DNA of 40,876 nt from Chloroflexota bacterium. Lineage in GTDB: Bacteria; Chloroflexota; Dormibacteria; CF-121. Positions 1 to 8,657 of the stretch are shown here, in pieces (position 1 is the first letter of the stretch; each line of letters begins with the position of its first letter). Where the stretch lies: contig VBEW01000079.1 in the NCBI GenBank assembly GCA_005889225.1, positions 1 to 40,876 on the forward strand, read 5' to 3'. The translations under genes were made by a program, and so were the position numbers. The notes under the pieces are model-generated. The model ran no database searches and was not told where the DNA came from. It saw only the letters and a list, made by a program, of their open reading frames with translations.

Positions 1-728
1 ACCACTCCGCTCTGCGACGCGATGACGCTGACGGGAGTCCCGCCCAGCAGATGCAGCGTGATGAAGCCATCGGCAAGGATGAAGGTGCCCAGCATGATCA
101 GCAGGGCGCCCGTCCGGCGGGCGTGGGCGAGCCACAGCGCCCCCACCAGCCAGAGGCTGATGGCGATGGCCGCCGCGAACGCCCCGTCTGCCGGCGTGGC
201 AGTCCCAAAGTCTTTTCGAGCGACGTTGTCGGTGGTATGCAGGACGGCCAGAATCGCGCCCAGGAGGGCGACAAGGAGGAGGGGCAGCGTTTCGAGCTGC
301 CTGAGGCGTCCCCCCGGGTGGCTCCAGGAGACGATGGCGCCCATCACCGCCAGGGCACAGGCTGGCAGTAGCGCGATCAGGACGGCGGCAACGGCAAGCC
401 CCTCGTGCTTCGCGTAGGCATCGATTTCCCAGGGTGCGGCCACGAAGTGACCCGCGGCGAGCACGCCGAATTCAACGAAGGCGATCAGACCGGCAAGGAA
501 CACGGCGAGGCGGAAACTACGCCAGGCGAGGAACAGACTGACCAGCCAGATGAAGCCAACCACACCGCCCACCGCCACGTAGATGGTGTCGACGTTGGTG
601 CTGCGAAGCTCATGAACGAGGTTGAAGCTGCCCAGCGCGACGGACAGCAGACCTGCCGCCAGTAACAGCATCCGCGCCGGCAGCACGAACGGGCCCCGCG
701 CGACTCGAACCGCCGGACTCGCTCGCAT
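1..728 (-). CDS. Hypothetical multi-pass membrane protein (3' end runs off the window)
   Basis: Not in the ORF track. Manual translation from ATG 728 gives MRASPAVRVARGPFVLPARMLLLAAGLLSVALGSFNLVHELR..., open to the window edge with about 7 hydrophobic segments. TAAGAT -10 lies at 742-737. Confidence 0.8.
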   Translation of the reverse strand, partial: MRASPAVRVARGPFVLPARMLLLAAGLLSVALGSFNLVHELRSTNVDTIYVAVGGVVGFIWLVSLFLAWRSFRLAVFLAGLIAFVEFGVLAAGHFVAAPWEIDAYAKHEGLAVAAVLIALLPACALAVMGAIVSWSHPGGRLRQLETLPLLLVALLGAILAVLHTTDNVARKDFGTATPADGAFAAAIAISLWLVGALWLAHARRTGALLIMLGTFILADGFITLHLLGGTPVSVIASQSGV

Positions 729-764
729 TCGGCAACATCTTATTCGCTAGACTGGCAGCTTCAG

Positions 765-2189
765 TTGGGAACGCAACCGCGCCGGCGGCGCGCGTCCGCC
801 GCGCTCGGCCCGCTGCGCGTCTGGCTGTCTGCCCGCGCCGCCGTGGCCGTGATCGCTGGAGTGGCCCTGCTGGTCGCGGGGCTGGCCGGGTTCCGCGTCT
901 GGTCGACCATTCACGCGATTGCGCCGCGCGCCCAGCCTGCCGACCTGATCGCGCTGGTCCATGCCCAGACCGACGAGCCGGGCTCGCTTGGCTGGAAGAT
1001 CAAGCACGACGAGCGGATCAACATCCTTCTGCTTGGATACGGAGGGCCAGGACACGATGGGGCCTATCTCACCGACTCCATCATGGTGCTCTCGATCCGC
1101 CCGGGAACGCGCCAGGCGACCATGGTCTCGCTACCACGGGATCTCTGGCTGAAGATTCCTGCCCTTCCCAACAACCGTTTCATGATGGGCAAGCTCAACA
1201 GCGCCTATGCGATCGGGACCGATCGCCGCAATTATCCGAACGTGCGCAGCGATTGGAAAACTGCAACCGGCGGCGGGGACCTGGCGGCGGCCACCATCTC
1301 GCAGATCATCGGACAGCGGGTCGACTACTGGATCGGCGTCGATTTCAAAGCCTTCCGTGACGTGGTTGATGCTCTCGGCGGAGTTCAAATCAACGTGCCG
1401 ACCGTGCTTGACGACCGGCGCTACCCGCGGGGCGAGACCACGGGAATGATGCACATCCACTTCGATCCCGGTTGGCGGCAATTCGACGGCGAGCGGGCCC
1501 TCCAGTATGCCCGCTCCCGGGAGTCGACTTCCGATTTCGACCGCTCTCGACGCCAGCAGCTCATCATGCTGGCCGTCCGGCAGCGCGTCTTCTCACTGAA
1601 TGCGATTCCTCGGCTACTCTCGCTACTCGGCGCTCTGCAGGACAACGTGCGCACCGACCTGCGGCCCGCTGAGATGCAGCAGCTGGCCGAGCTGGCCGGG
1701 CAGTTCAAGGAGGAGGACATCCGGCGGATTGCGATCGACACCTCGAATTTCTTGCGCAGCGGCTACAACAGCAGCGGCCAGTATGTCCTGCAACCGCTCG
1801 ATCCAACCTACGACGCACTGCATCGTTACCTGGCGATGGCGCCGGTTGACCGGTCGGTGCTGGCGACCCAGGTACCGTTCCAGGTGCAGGATGGAAGCGG
1901 CCGCTACTGGTTGCCCTACGGAACTGGGACGCCGGCCAGCATCATGACGTCCATGCTCAAGGCGCAGGGATGGGACGCCCGCCTGGGAGCGGCCACCACG
2001 CAGCGGGTGGCGCAGACTCGCATCCTGGACGGCTCCGGTGGGAGTGCGGCCGCGACCGTGGCCTGGCTGCAGCGCTACTTCGGGGGAGTGGTGACGACGG
2101 TCGCGCCGCCGGCCACCGGTCCCAGCGTGACCGTCCTGCTCGGCTCCGATTTCACGCAGAGAACCTTTCCCGCGCCTGCCAAGAGGTAG
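765..2189 (+). CDS. LCP (LytR-CpsA-Psr) family cell-wall glycopolymer ligase with LytR C-terminal-like domain
   Basis: N-terminal TM helix; NILLLG, TDSIM, SLPRD, KLNSAY, ALQYARSR, DFDRSRRQQ motifs; C-terminal VTVLLGSDF. Confidence 0.93.
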   Translation: MGTQPRRRRASAALGPLRVWLSARAAVAVIAGVALLVAGLAGFRVWSTIHAIAPRAQPADLIALVHAQTDEPGSLGWKIKHDERINILLLGYGGPGHDGAYLTDSIMVLSIRPGTRQATMVSLPRDLWLKIPALPNNRFMMGKLNSAYAIGTDRRNYPNVRSDWKTATGGGDLAAATISQIIGQRVDYWIGVDFKAFRDVVDALGGVQINVPTVLDDRRYPRGETTGMMHIHFDPGWRQFDGERALQYARSRESTSDFDRSRRQQLIMLAVRQRVFSLNAIPRLLSLLGALQDNVRTDLRPAEMQQLAELAGQFKEEDIRRIAIDTSNFLRSGYNSSGQYVLQPLDPTYDALHRYLAMAPVDRSVLATQVPFQVQDGSGRYWLPYGTGTPASIMTSMLKAQGWDARLGAATTQRVAQTRILDGSGGSAAATVAWLQRYFGGVVTTVAPPATGPSVTVLLGSDFTQRTFPAPAKR

Positions 2190-2229
2190 GCCAACCCGGC
2201 CAAACGTCCGCTGATAGGATGCGTTCGAG

Positions 2230-3177
2230 ATGAGTTTGGCCGGCGCCTTACTGTCCGGCGATGTCCGGGCGCTGGCGAGGGCGATCAGCCTGGCGGAAGA
2301 CCGTGACCCGCAGGCAACCGAACTGGCGGCCGAGTTGCAGCCCCACACCGGTAAGGCGTACCTGGTCGGGCTCACCGGTGCCCCCGGCACCGGCAAGAGC
2401 ACGCTGGCCGACGCGCTGGTCAAAGTCATCCGTGACCGCGGGCAAACCGTCGGGGTGATTGCGGTGGACCCGAGCAGTCCCTTCACCGGCGGTGCTGTTC
2501 TCGGCGACCGCATCCGGATGTCGCGACATACCCTCGACCGCGGCGTCTTTATCCGCAGCATGGGTGCTCGCGGTCATCTGGGTGGGCTGGCCGCCGCCAC
2601 CCGAGAGGCGATTCACCTGCTCGATGCTTACGGACGGGACGTGATCCTGGTGGAAACCGTCGGAGTCGGGCAGTCCGAACTGGAGATCTCGACAATCTGC
2701 GACACCGTTGTCCTGACGCTGATGCCCGAGTCGGGCGACGCCGTCCAGACGATCAAGGCGGGCATCCTGGAGATCGCCGATGTTTTCGTCATCAACAAGG
2801 TTGACCTGGGCGGCGCCGAGAAGACCCGGCGGTTGATCCAGGACGCCATGGCTCTGGGTCCCAAGCAGCCGTGGCGGCCGCCCATCGTGGTGGCATCCGC
2901 CGCGAAAGAGGAGGGGATCGCAAAGGTCTGGGAGGCAATCCTCTCGCACCAGGCCTTTCTCAAAGATAGCGGCGCGCTGACCTCCCGGCGGCAGGAGCGT
3001 GTCAAACAGGAAGTCGTCGCCCTGGTGGCCGAACGCGCTCGCGAGCAGGCGCGCCGGCTTCTCGACGGCGACACTGCCGTAGGACGGCGGCTCCGGGAGA
3101 ACCGGAATGGGAAACTAAACCCATACGCGCTCGCCGAGGAGCTCCTCGCGGAGCGAGCGTCGCAAGGAGGCAGTTGA
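2230..3177 (+). CDS. meaB: MeaB/ArgK-family GTPase chaperone for B12-dependent acyl-CoA mutase
   Basis: GAPGTGKS P-loop, [33 protein letters not shown]. Its TGA overlaps the mutase ATG (TGATG). Confidence 0.96.
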   Translation: MSLAGALLSGDVRALARAISLAEDRDPQATELAAELQPHTGKAYLVGLTGAPGTGKSTLADALVKVIRDRGQTVGVIAVDPSSPFTGGAVLGDRIRMSRHTLDRGVFIRSMGARGHLGGLAAATREAIHLLDAYGRDVILVETVGVGQSELEISTICDTVVLTLMPESGDAVQTIKAGILEIADVFVINKVDLGGAEKTRRLIQDAMALGPKQPWRPPIVVASAAKEEGIAKVWEAILSHQAFLKDSGALTSRRQERVKQEVVALVAERAREQARRLLDGDTAVGRRLRENRNGKLNPYALAEELLAERASQGGS

Positions 3178-4829
3178 TGGCGCTTCGCCACAAGACCGCG
3201 TACGAGGACTGGGCGACCCGGTATCGAGCCGGGAAGCGGGCCCCCAAGGAGACCGCCACCACCATCTCCGGCATGCCGGTCGAGCCGCTCTATACGCCGC
3301 AAGACCTGGCCGGGTGGCGTTACGACGAGAAGCTCGGATACCCGGGTGAATTTCCCTACACCCGCGGCGTCTATCCATCGATGTACCGGGGGCAACTGTG
3401 GACCATCCGTCAATTCGCCGGCTACGGTACCGCCGAGGAGACGAACCGCCGCTACAAGTTCCTGCTCTCTCAGGGTCAGGCTGGTCTGTCGGTGGCCTTC
3501 GACATGCCGACCCTGATGGGCTACGACTCCGACGACCCGCTGAGCGAAGGTGAGGTGGGCCACTGTGGGGTCGCCATCGACTCGCTGGAGGACATGGAAA
3601 CCCTCTTCAACGGCATCCGGCTGGACCAGATCACCACCTCGATGACGATCAATTCGCCGGCAGCCATCCTGTACGCCATGTACATCGCCGTCGGCGAGAA
3701 GGAAGGGTTGGCTCCCGGAACGCTGGGTGGCACCTTGCAGAACGACATCCTGAAGGAATACATCGCGCAGAAGGAGTACATCTTCCCGCCCGAGCCGTCG
3801 ATGCGGCTGGTGGTGGACACCATCGTCTTTGCCGCCCGCCAGATGCCCCGCTGGAATGCCGTCTCGATTTCCGGATACCACATCCGGGAGGCCGGCTCGA
3901 CAGCGGTCCAGGAGCTGGCGTTCACCCTGGCTGATGGGATGGCCTACGTGGAGGCGTCCGTCAAGGCCGGCCTGAAGGTCGACGAGTTTGCGCCTCGGCT
4001 CTCGTTCTTCTTTGACTCCCACATCGATTTCTTCGAGGAGATCGCGAAGTTCCGGGCTGCCCGGCGCCTGTGGGCACGGATCATGCGCGACAAATACGGC
4101 GCCCGCGATCCCAAATCGTGGATGCTGCGGTTCCACACCCAGACCGCCGGCGTCTCACTCACCCGGCAGCAGGTCGAGAACAACATCAGCCGTACGGCCT
4201 ACGAAGCGATGGCTGCCGTGCTCGGCGGAACGAACTCGCTGCACACCAACTCGATGGACGAGGTGCTGGCGCTGCCGACCGAACGGGCGGCGCAGATTGC
4301 CCTTCGCACCCAGCAGGTGCTCGCTCACGAGACCGGCGTCACGAATACCATCGACCCGCTGGCCGGGTCCTTTTTCCTGGAGCGGTTGACCGACGAGATG
4401 GAACGCGGCGCGCAGCAGTACTTCGATCGGATCGACGAGCAAGGGGGCGTGCTTCGCTGCATCGAGAATGGATTCTTCCAGCGGGAAATCGCCGATGCGG
4501 CGTTCGAATTCGAGCGCAAGCTGGAGGCCAATGAGCGGATCATCGTGGGCGTCAACGCCTACAAGGAGGGCGAAGGTGCCGATGTGCCCACCCTCAAGAT
4601 CGGGCCCGAGACCGAGCAGGGCCAGGTTGCGCGGCTCAAGGCCCTCAAGGCTCGCCGCGACAACATCAGCGTGCGCAACCGGCTGGACGAGCTCAAAGTC
4701 GCGGCTCAGGGCAATGACAACCTGATGCCGCCGCTGCTGAACTGCGTCAAGGCGTACGTCAGCGAGGGGGAGATCATGGCCGCGCTCAAGGAGGTCTTCG
4801 GCGTCTACCGTGAGCCGATCCTCTTCTAG
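3177..4829 (+). CDS. icmA: B12-dependent acyl-CoA mutase large (substrate-binding) subunit, isobutyryl-CoA mutase type
   Basis: [14 protein letters not shown] (Phe80), [13 protein letters not shown] (Gln198), [15 protein letters not shown]. No B12-binding domain. SD AGGAGG at 3165-3170. Confidence 0.85.
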   Translation: MALRHKTAYEDWATRYRAGKRAPKETATTISGMPVEPLYTPQDLAGWRYDEKLGYPGEFPYTRGVYPSMYRGQLWTIRQFAGYGTAEETNRRYKFLLSQGQAGLSVAFDMPTLMGYDSDDPLSEGEVGHCGVAIDSLEDMETLFNGIRLDQITTSMTINSPAAILYAMYIAVGEKEGLAPGTLGGTLQNDILKEYIAQKEYIFPPEPSMRLVVDTIVFAARQMPRWNAVSISGYHIREAGSTAVQELAFTLADGMAYVEASVKAGLKVDEFAPRLSFFFDSHIDFFEEIAKFRAARRLWARIMRDKYGARDPKSWMLRFHTQTAGVSLTRQQVENNISRTAYEAMAAVLGGTNSLHTNSMDEVLALPTERAAQIALRTQQVLAHETGVTNTIDPLAGSFFLERLTDEMERGAQQYFDRIDEQGGVLRCIENGFFQREIADAAFEFERKLEANERIIVGVNAYKEGEGADVPTLKIGPETEQGQVARLKALKARRDNISVRNRLDELKVAAQGNDNLMPPLLNCVKAYVSEGEIMAALKEVFGVYREPILF

Positions 4830-4919
4830 ATGATTCGGCTTCGCTTTTCTCTGTTGGGACGGGTGATAGCGGCCATCGCCGTCGTTGTGATCGTCGTCCT
4901 CTACGTGATGCGGCACTGA
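4830..4919 (+). CDS. 29-aa single-TM small protein ([29 protein letters not shown])
   Basis: The ATG directly follows the icmA TAG, and the TGA overlaps the icmB ATG. Basic N-terminus plus one hydrophobic helix. Confidence 0.65.
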   Translation: MIRLRFSLLGRVIAAIAVVVIVVLYVMRH

Positions 4920-5362
4920 TGGCGCCGGCAGAGACCTCGACCAGGTCACACACGCCGATGAATCAAGACAAGCGCTGGCGGGTGCTCACCGCCAAAGTTG
5001 GCCTCGATGGTCACGATCGTGGGGTCAAAGTTGTATCGCGCGCCCTGCGCGATGCGGGCGTTGAGGTGATCTATGCCGGACTTCGCCAAACGCCCGAGAT
5101 GGTCGTGGAGGCGGCCATCCAGGAGGACGTCGATGCCATCGGTGTCAGCCTGCACAGCGGCGCGCACATGACCCTGATCCCCCGCATCCTCGAGCTCCTC
5201 AAGGAACGCAACGCCTCCGACATCGTCATCTTTGGCGGCGGCATCATCCCCCAGGACGACGCCACCGAGCTGAAGAAGATGGGTGTCGTCGAGATCTTCG
5301 GGCCGGGCAGCTCGCTGCAATCGATCATCGACTTCGTGAACAAGGGATTCAAGGCGGCGTGA
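4919..5362 (+). CDS. icmB: Acyl-CoA mutase small, cobalamin-binding subunit
   Basis: [10 protein letters not shown] (DxHxxG), [14 protein letters not shown]. Alternative start at ATG 4958. Confidence 0.9.
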   Translation: MAPAETSTRSHTPMNQDKRWRVLTAKVGLDGHDRGVKVVSRALRDAGVEVIYAGLRQTPEMVVEAAIQEDVDAIGVSLHSGAHMTLIPRILELLKERNASDIVIFGGGIIPQDDATELKKMGVVEIFGPGSSLQSIIDFVNKGFKAA

Positions 5363-6198
5363 TCGCCGCGGCGCCGCGAAAGCTCGGCCGTTTCGAGCTT
5401 CACTGCGTGAGCGATGGGGTCTGGCGTATGGATGGCGGCGCGGTCTTTGGCGTCGTTCCCAAGGTCATGTGGGAGAAACTGAAACCCCCGGATGCCCGCA
5501 ACCGGATCGCGATGGCCACCAACTGTCTGCTCGTCCGGACGCCTGACGCCAACATCCTGATCGAGGCCGGCATCGGGCCGAAACTCTCCGACAAGGAACG
5601 CGACATCTACGCCTACGAACGAGATCCCGGGATTCCCGATGGGCTGGCCGGCATCGGCCTGAAGCCGCAGGACATCGATCTGGTCGTCCTCAGCCACCTG
5701 CACTTCGACCACGTCGGCGCTCTGGTGACGCCGGGCCGCGACGGTGAACTGACGCCACTGTTCCCACGAGCCCGGCACGTCGTGCAGGCACGGGAGCTCG
5801 AGGCGTGGCGCCACCCGGATCCCCGCAGCAAGCCTTCATACAAGCCCGAGAACCTCAGTCTCCTCGAGGAGGCGGGACGGCTCCAGGTTGTCGACGGCGA
5901 CCAGGACATCGCACCAGGCGTGCGCGTCCGGGTGACGGGCGGTCACACCGCTGGACACCAGGCGGTCTACGTTCAGGACCAGGAACAAACCGTCGTGTTC
6001 ACCGGCGACTTCCTCTTCATGCGCGCCTTCATGAAGGTGAACTGGGTGAGCGCCCTGGATCTCTTCCCGCTGGAGGCCATCGAGCGCAAGGCGGCCTTCC
6101 TCAGTGAGGCCGCCCGGGAACGGTACCTGATCTGGCTCTATCACGAGACCGAGCAGATGCTGGGCTACTGGACTGGCGAAGGCTTTACCAGCGTTTAG
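5359..6198 (+). CDS. Metallo-beta-lactamase-fold hydrolase (YtnP/AHL-lactonase-like)
   Basis: [18 protein letters not shown] (HxHxDH), GHTAGHQ, GD, terminal His. GTGA overlap with icmB. Confidence 0.9.
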   Translation: MIAAAPRKLGRFELHCVSDGVWRMDGGAVFGVVPKVMWEKLKPPDARNRIAMATNCLLVRTPDANILIEAGIGPKLSDKERDIYAYERDPGIPDGLAGIGLKPQDIDLVVLSHLHFDHVGALVTPGRDGELTPLFPRARHVVQARELEAWRHPDPRSKPSYKPENLSLLEEAGRLQVVDGDQDIAPGVRVRVTGGHTAGHQAVYVQDQEQTVVFTGDFLFMRAFMKVNWVSALDLFPLEAIERKAAFLSEAARERYLIWLYHETEQMLGYWTGEGFTSV

Positions 6199-6201
6199 CG
6201 C

Positions 6202-6420
6202 CTAACTCACGATAAGAAGGACTTCTGCGCCACAGCGTTCGCACTCGCCTCGCACGACGTAGTTGCCTGTCTTCAAATCCATGGCGGAGGGGCGCAAAAT
6301 GGCGACCGATTGCCGGCACACCCGACAATTGGCCTTCATGGGCGCGACCGGGATCTCCGGCGCCTTAAAGGTCCAGGTATGAGGTGCCACCTGGTGCATG
6401 GTCGAGTGGGCAAGGGCCAT
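6202..6420 (-). CDS. Small zinc-ribbon protein (DUF5679-like)
   Basis: CRVC...CERC pattern; SD GGAG 6 nt upstream of ATG 6420. Confidence 0.75.
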   Translation of the reverse strand: MALAHSTMHQVAPHTWTFKAPEIPVAPMKANCRVCRQSVAILRPSAMDLKTGNYVVRGECERCGAEVLLIVS

Positions 6421-6530
6421 GTTGAGCTCCTACCCTCTCTAACGCGCAGGGCCACAAAAGGACGTCCGTCGTTTGGCCGGTCTGCTTACGGCAAACCGCG
6501 TAGAGGTGGGCGCCGCCGGGCTGTTCTGGC

Positions 6531-7811
6531 TCAGTAGACGATGACGGGAGTGCCGGTCGGCGTCCAGTTCCAGAGCCAGACCATGTTGCTGTAGGGAACG
6601 TTCACGCAGCCATGGGTGCCGTTGTCCTCGCCGGTGGGGTCGTAGTGGGGAAACTGGGTTCCGGGTCCGTACCGAGATCGCCAGTAGGCGTCGTGGATTC
6701 CCGCCCCGCCGTTGAACCACATCACCATCCGGACTTTGCTGTCCGGGTACCAGTACGGCGAGCCCTTCGGCCAGGGTGAGTGCATAGTCCAGGGCGAAAT
6801 CTTCCAGTACACCTTGAAGCTGCCGGGGTCGGTCTCCAGGCCTGGCCGCCCGGTCGTCACGTAGGTCCAGAACACCTGCTGGCCGTGTGAGTAGGCCCGA
6901 ATCACCTGCTCTTTCAGCGAGATGGTGAGCGCCTTCTCCGGGAGGGTCTCGCTCATGGCCGTCTGCAGGACCTTGTCCTCAACGGCGAAGCCTCCGTTGA
7001 TCTGCTCCAGGTCGGCGACGGTGGCTGCGCTGCTCAGCTGGGTAGCCAATTTCTGGACATGAAGGTCGACGATCGCCACGTCCATCTGAAAGATCCGAGC
7101 CGTCTGGAGATCGGCCCGAACCTGGGTGAGCGCCGCATTCGCCCCGGCCCGCGCCAGGCCGGGGTCGCCGTGGTCCTTCGCCGCCGCCTGGGCGGCGTAT
7201 TCGCCGACGAGCTTGTTGGTGGTTTCCTGGTCGGCGATGATGAGCGAGAGCTTCGACAGCGGCGCCGTCAGCTCGGTGCTGACCGCGCGGAAGGCGCGGA
7301 CGGTGGTCGCCTCGTTGACCTCGACCTGGGCCTTTACTGGAATGCCGGCGAACTCGCCGAGCAGCTGATCGTCGACGCCGAGTTGCCTGGCCTTTCCCAG
7401 GTTCAGGGACAGCTGCCTGACCGATGCCTGAGCCGAGTCATGGGTCTCGGCCAGCAGCTTCTGCACCCGTGTCTCGAGCTGCTCCTTGATGTCACTTTCC
7501 TGGGTGGCCGCCCTCGAGAAGAAAGCGATCCGCTCCTCGTTGAAAGGCGCTGTGACGCTGGGGGGTACCTCCGCTGCCGTCGTCAGCTCCTGGCGTTGCA
7601 GGTCCGAGTACTCGGCCGTATCCAGGCCCAGCTGAGCGGCGCGGGCCTGGGCTGCAAGCACCTGGGTGCGGGCGCTCTGGTAATCCTGCTCTGCGAACGC
7701 CTCCCGCATCTGCTGAACGAAGATGAAGCTGGCCACCAGGGCGAACGTCCCCAGCACCACTCCTATTCGGAGCGCGTTTCCACGCAGAAATCTAAGACAT
7801 GATGCCAGCAT
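6531..7811 (-). CDS. Membrane-anchored L,D-transpeptidase (YkuD domain) with long helical N-terminal region
   Basis: N-terminal TM; C-terminal VTTGRP, GIHDA, THGCVN catalytic His/Cys, GTPVIVY. Confidence 0.93.
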   Translation of the reverse strand: MLASCLRFLRGNALRIGVVLGTFALVASFIFVQQMREAFAEQDYQSARTQVLAAQARAAQLGLDTAEYSDLQRQELTTAAEVPPSVTAPFNEERIAFFSRAATQESDIKEQLETRVQKLLAETHDSAQASVRQLSLNLGKARQLGVDDQLLGEFAGIPVKAQVEVNEATTVRAFRAVSTELTAPLSKLSLIIADQETTNKLVGEYAAQAAAKDHGDPGLARAGANAALTQVRADLQTARIFQMDVAIVDLHVQKLATQLSSAATVADLEQINGGFAVEDKVLQTAMSETLPEKALTISLKEQVIRAYSHGQQVFWTYVTTGRPGLETDPGSFKVYWKISPWTMHSPWPKGSPYWYPDSKVRMVMWFNGGAGIHDAYWRSRYGPGTQFPHYDPTGEDNGTHGCVNVPYSNMVWLWNWTPTGTPVIVY

Positions 7812-7908
7812 CGGTGTCAGCCGATTCTAAGGACTTCGGCCACCCAAGGTAACGGCCAAACGGCGGAAAAGTTCCGGTGAAGGCCCGTTCAGCGGCCGCG
7901 AAAGCCTG

Positions 7909-7945
7909 TGTTAAGATGGGCGCCGCCGAATTCGCGCCGAAGGAG
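7909..7945 (+). promoter_or_regulatory. rplY extended -10 (TGtTAAGAT, 7909-7917) and Shine-Dalgarno (AGGAG, 7941-7945)
   Basis: Direct match to consensus elements; the SD is spaced 7 nt from CTG 7953. Confidence 0.65.
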
Positions 7946-7952
7946 AATATCA

Positions 7953-8630
7953 CTGGCCACGGCCACCCCCGTTACGCTCAAACTCGAGCCCCGTGACGAT
8001 CGCGGGAAGCACACCCGGGTGCTTCGCCGCCAGGGCCGGCTGCCCGCCGTCGTCTATGGCCACAACGTCGATGCCCTGACGGTGGCGGTGGACGGCCGCG
8101 AGTTCGTCAAGGCCTTCCAGAAGGTGGGCCGGAATCAGCTCCTGGATCTCCAGGTCGGCGACGAGCCGGTGCGGAAGGCGCTCATCCGCGAGGTGCAGCG
8201 GAGCCCGCGGGACGGCGATCTGCTGCACGTCGACTTCTACCAGGTCAATCTCACCGAGAAGATCGAATCGGAGGTGCCCATCGAGCTCGAGGGTGAGATC
8301 GAGCTGGTCGTGAAGGGGGAGGCCGACCTGCAGCGGGGCCTGCATGCGCTCAAGGTCGAGTGCCTGCCGACGGATCTGCCCCCCGTGATCACTGTGGACG
8401 TTTCCGGCTTGAAGGAGATCGACGACGAGATCCGGGTGAAGGACCTGACGATTCCTCCAGGCTGCGAGATCCTCGATGAGCCCGATGACCTGATCGTCAA
8501 GGTCGCCGCCCACCGGGAGGAAGTCGAAGAGGTCGCACCGGCGCCGGCTGCCGCCGAGGTGCCGACCGTTGGTGAGACGGAGGCTCCCGCCGAGCCCGCC
8601 GCCGAGGGCGAAGCCCCGACCGAGAGCTAA
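7953..8630 (+). CDS. rplY: 50S ribosomal protein bL25 (Ctc long form)
   Basis: LRRQGRLPAVVYG, LLHVDFYQV, CLPTDLP, acidic tail. Start placed at CTG 7953; the ORF track starts at 7908. Confidence 0.95.
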   Translation: MATATPVTLKLEPRDDRGKHTRVLRRQGRLPAVVYGHNVDALTVAVDGREFVKAFQKVGRNQLLDLQVGDEPVRKALIREVQRSPRDGDLLHVDFYQVNLTEKIESEVPIELEGEIELVVKGEADLQRGLHALKVECLPTDLPPVITVDVSGLKEIDDEIRVKDLTIPPGCEILDEPDDLIVKVAAHREEVEEVAPAPAAAEVPTVGETEAPAEPAAEGEAPTES

Positions 8631-8657
8631 CGCACAGGCGCCCGTAGAATGGGCGCG

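Noticed and set aside
2190-2229. Cobalamin riboswitch ahead of the mutase operon, and SAM/SAH riboswitch ahead of ahcY/metK
   Set aside because: The intergenic gaps are far too short and lack the consensus elements.
2628-4136. Long antisense or alternate-frame ORFs (e.g. 2628-4136, 24970-26337, 28166-29296, 30672-31727, 33548-35158, 37434-38618)
   Set aside because: They are shadows of well-supported genes, as expected in high-GC DNA, and show no recognisable motifs.
6490-6522. GGCAAACC...GGGCGC resemblance to a c-di-GMP-I riboswitch on the + strand
   Set aside because: It lacks the GAAA tetraloop and the GCAAAG segment, and it points into the 3' end of a convergent gene rather than a start codon.
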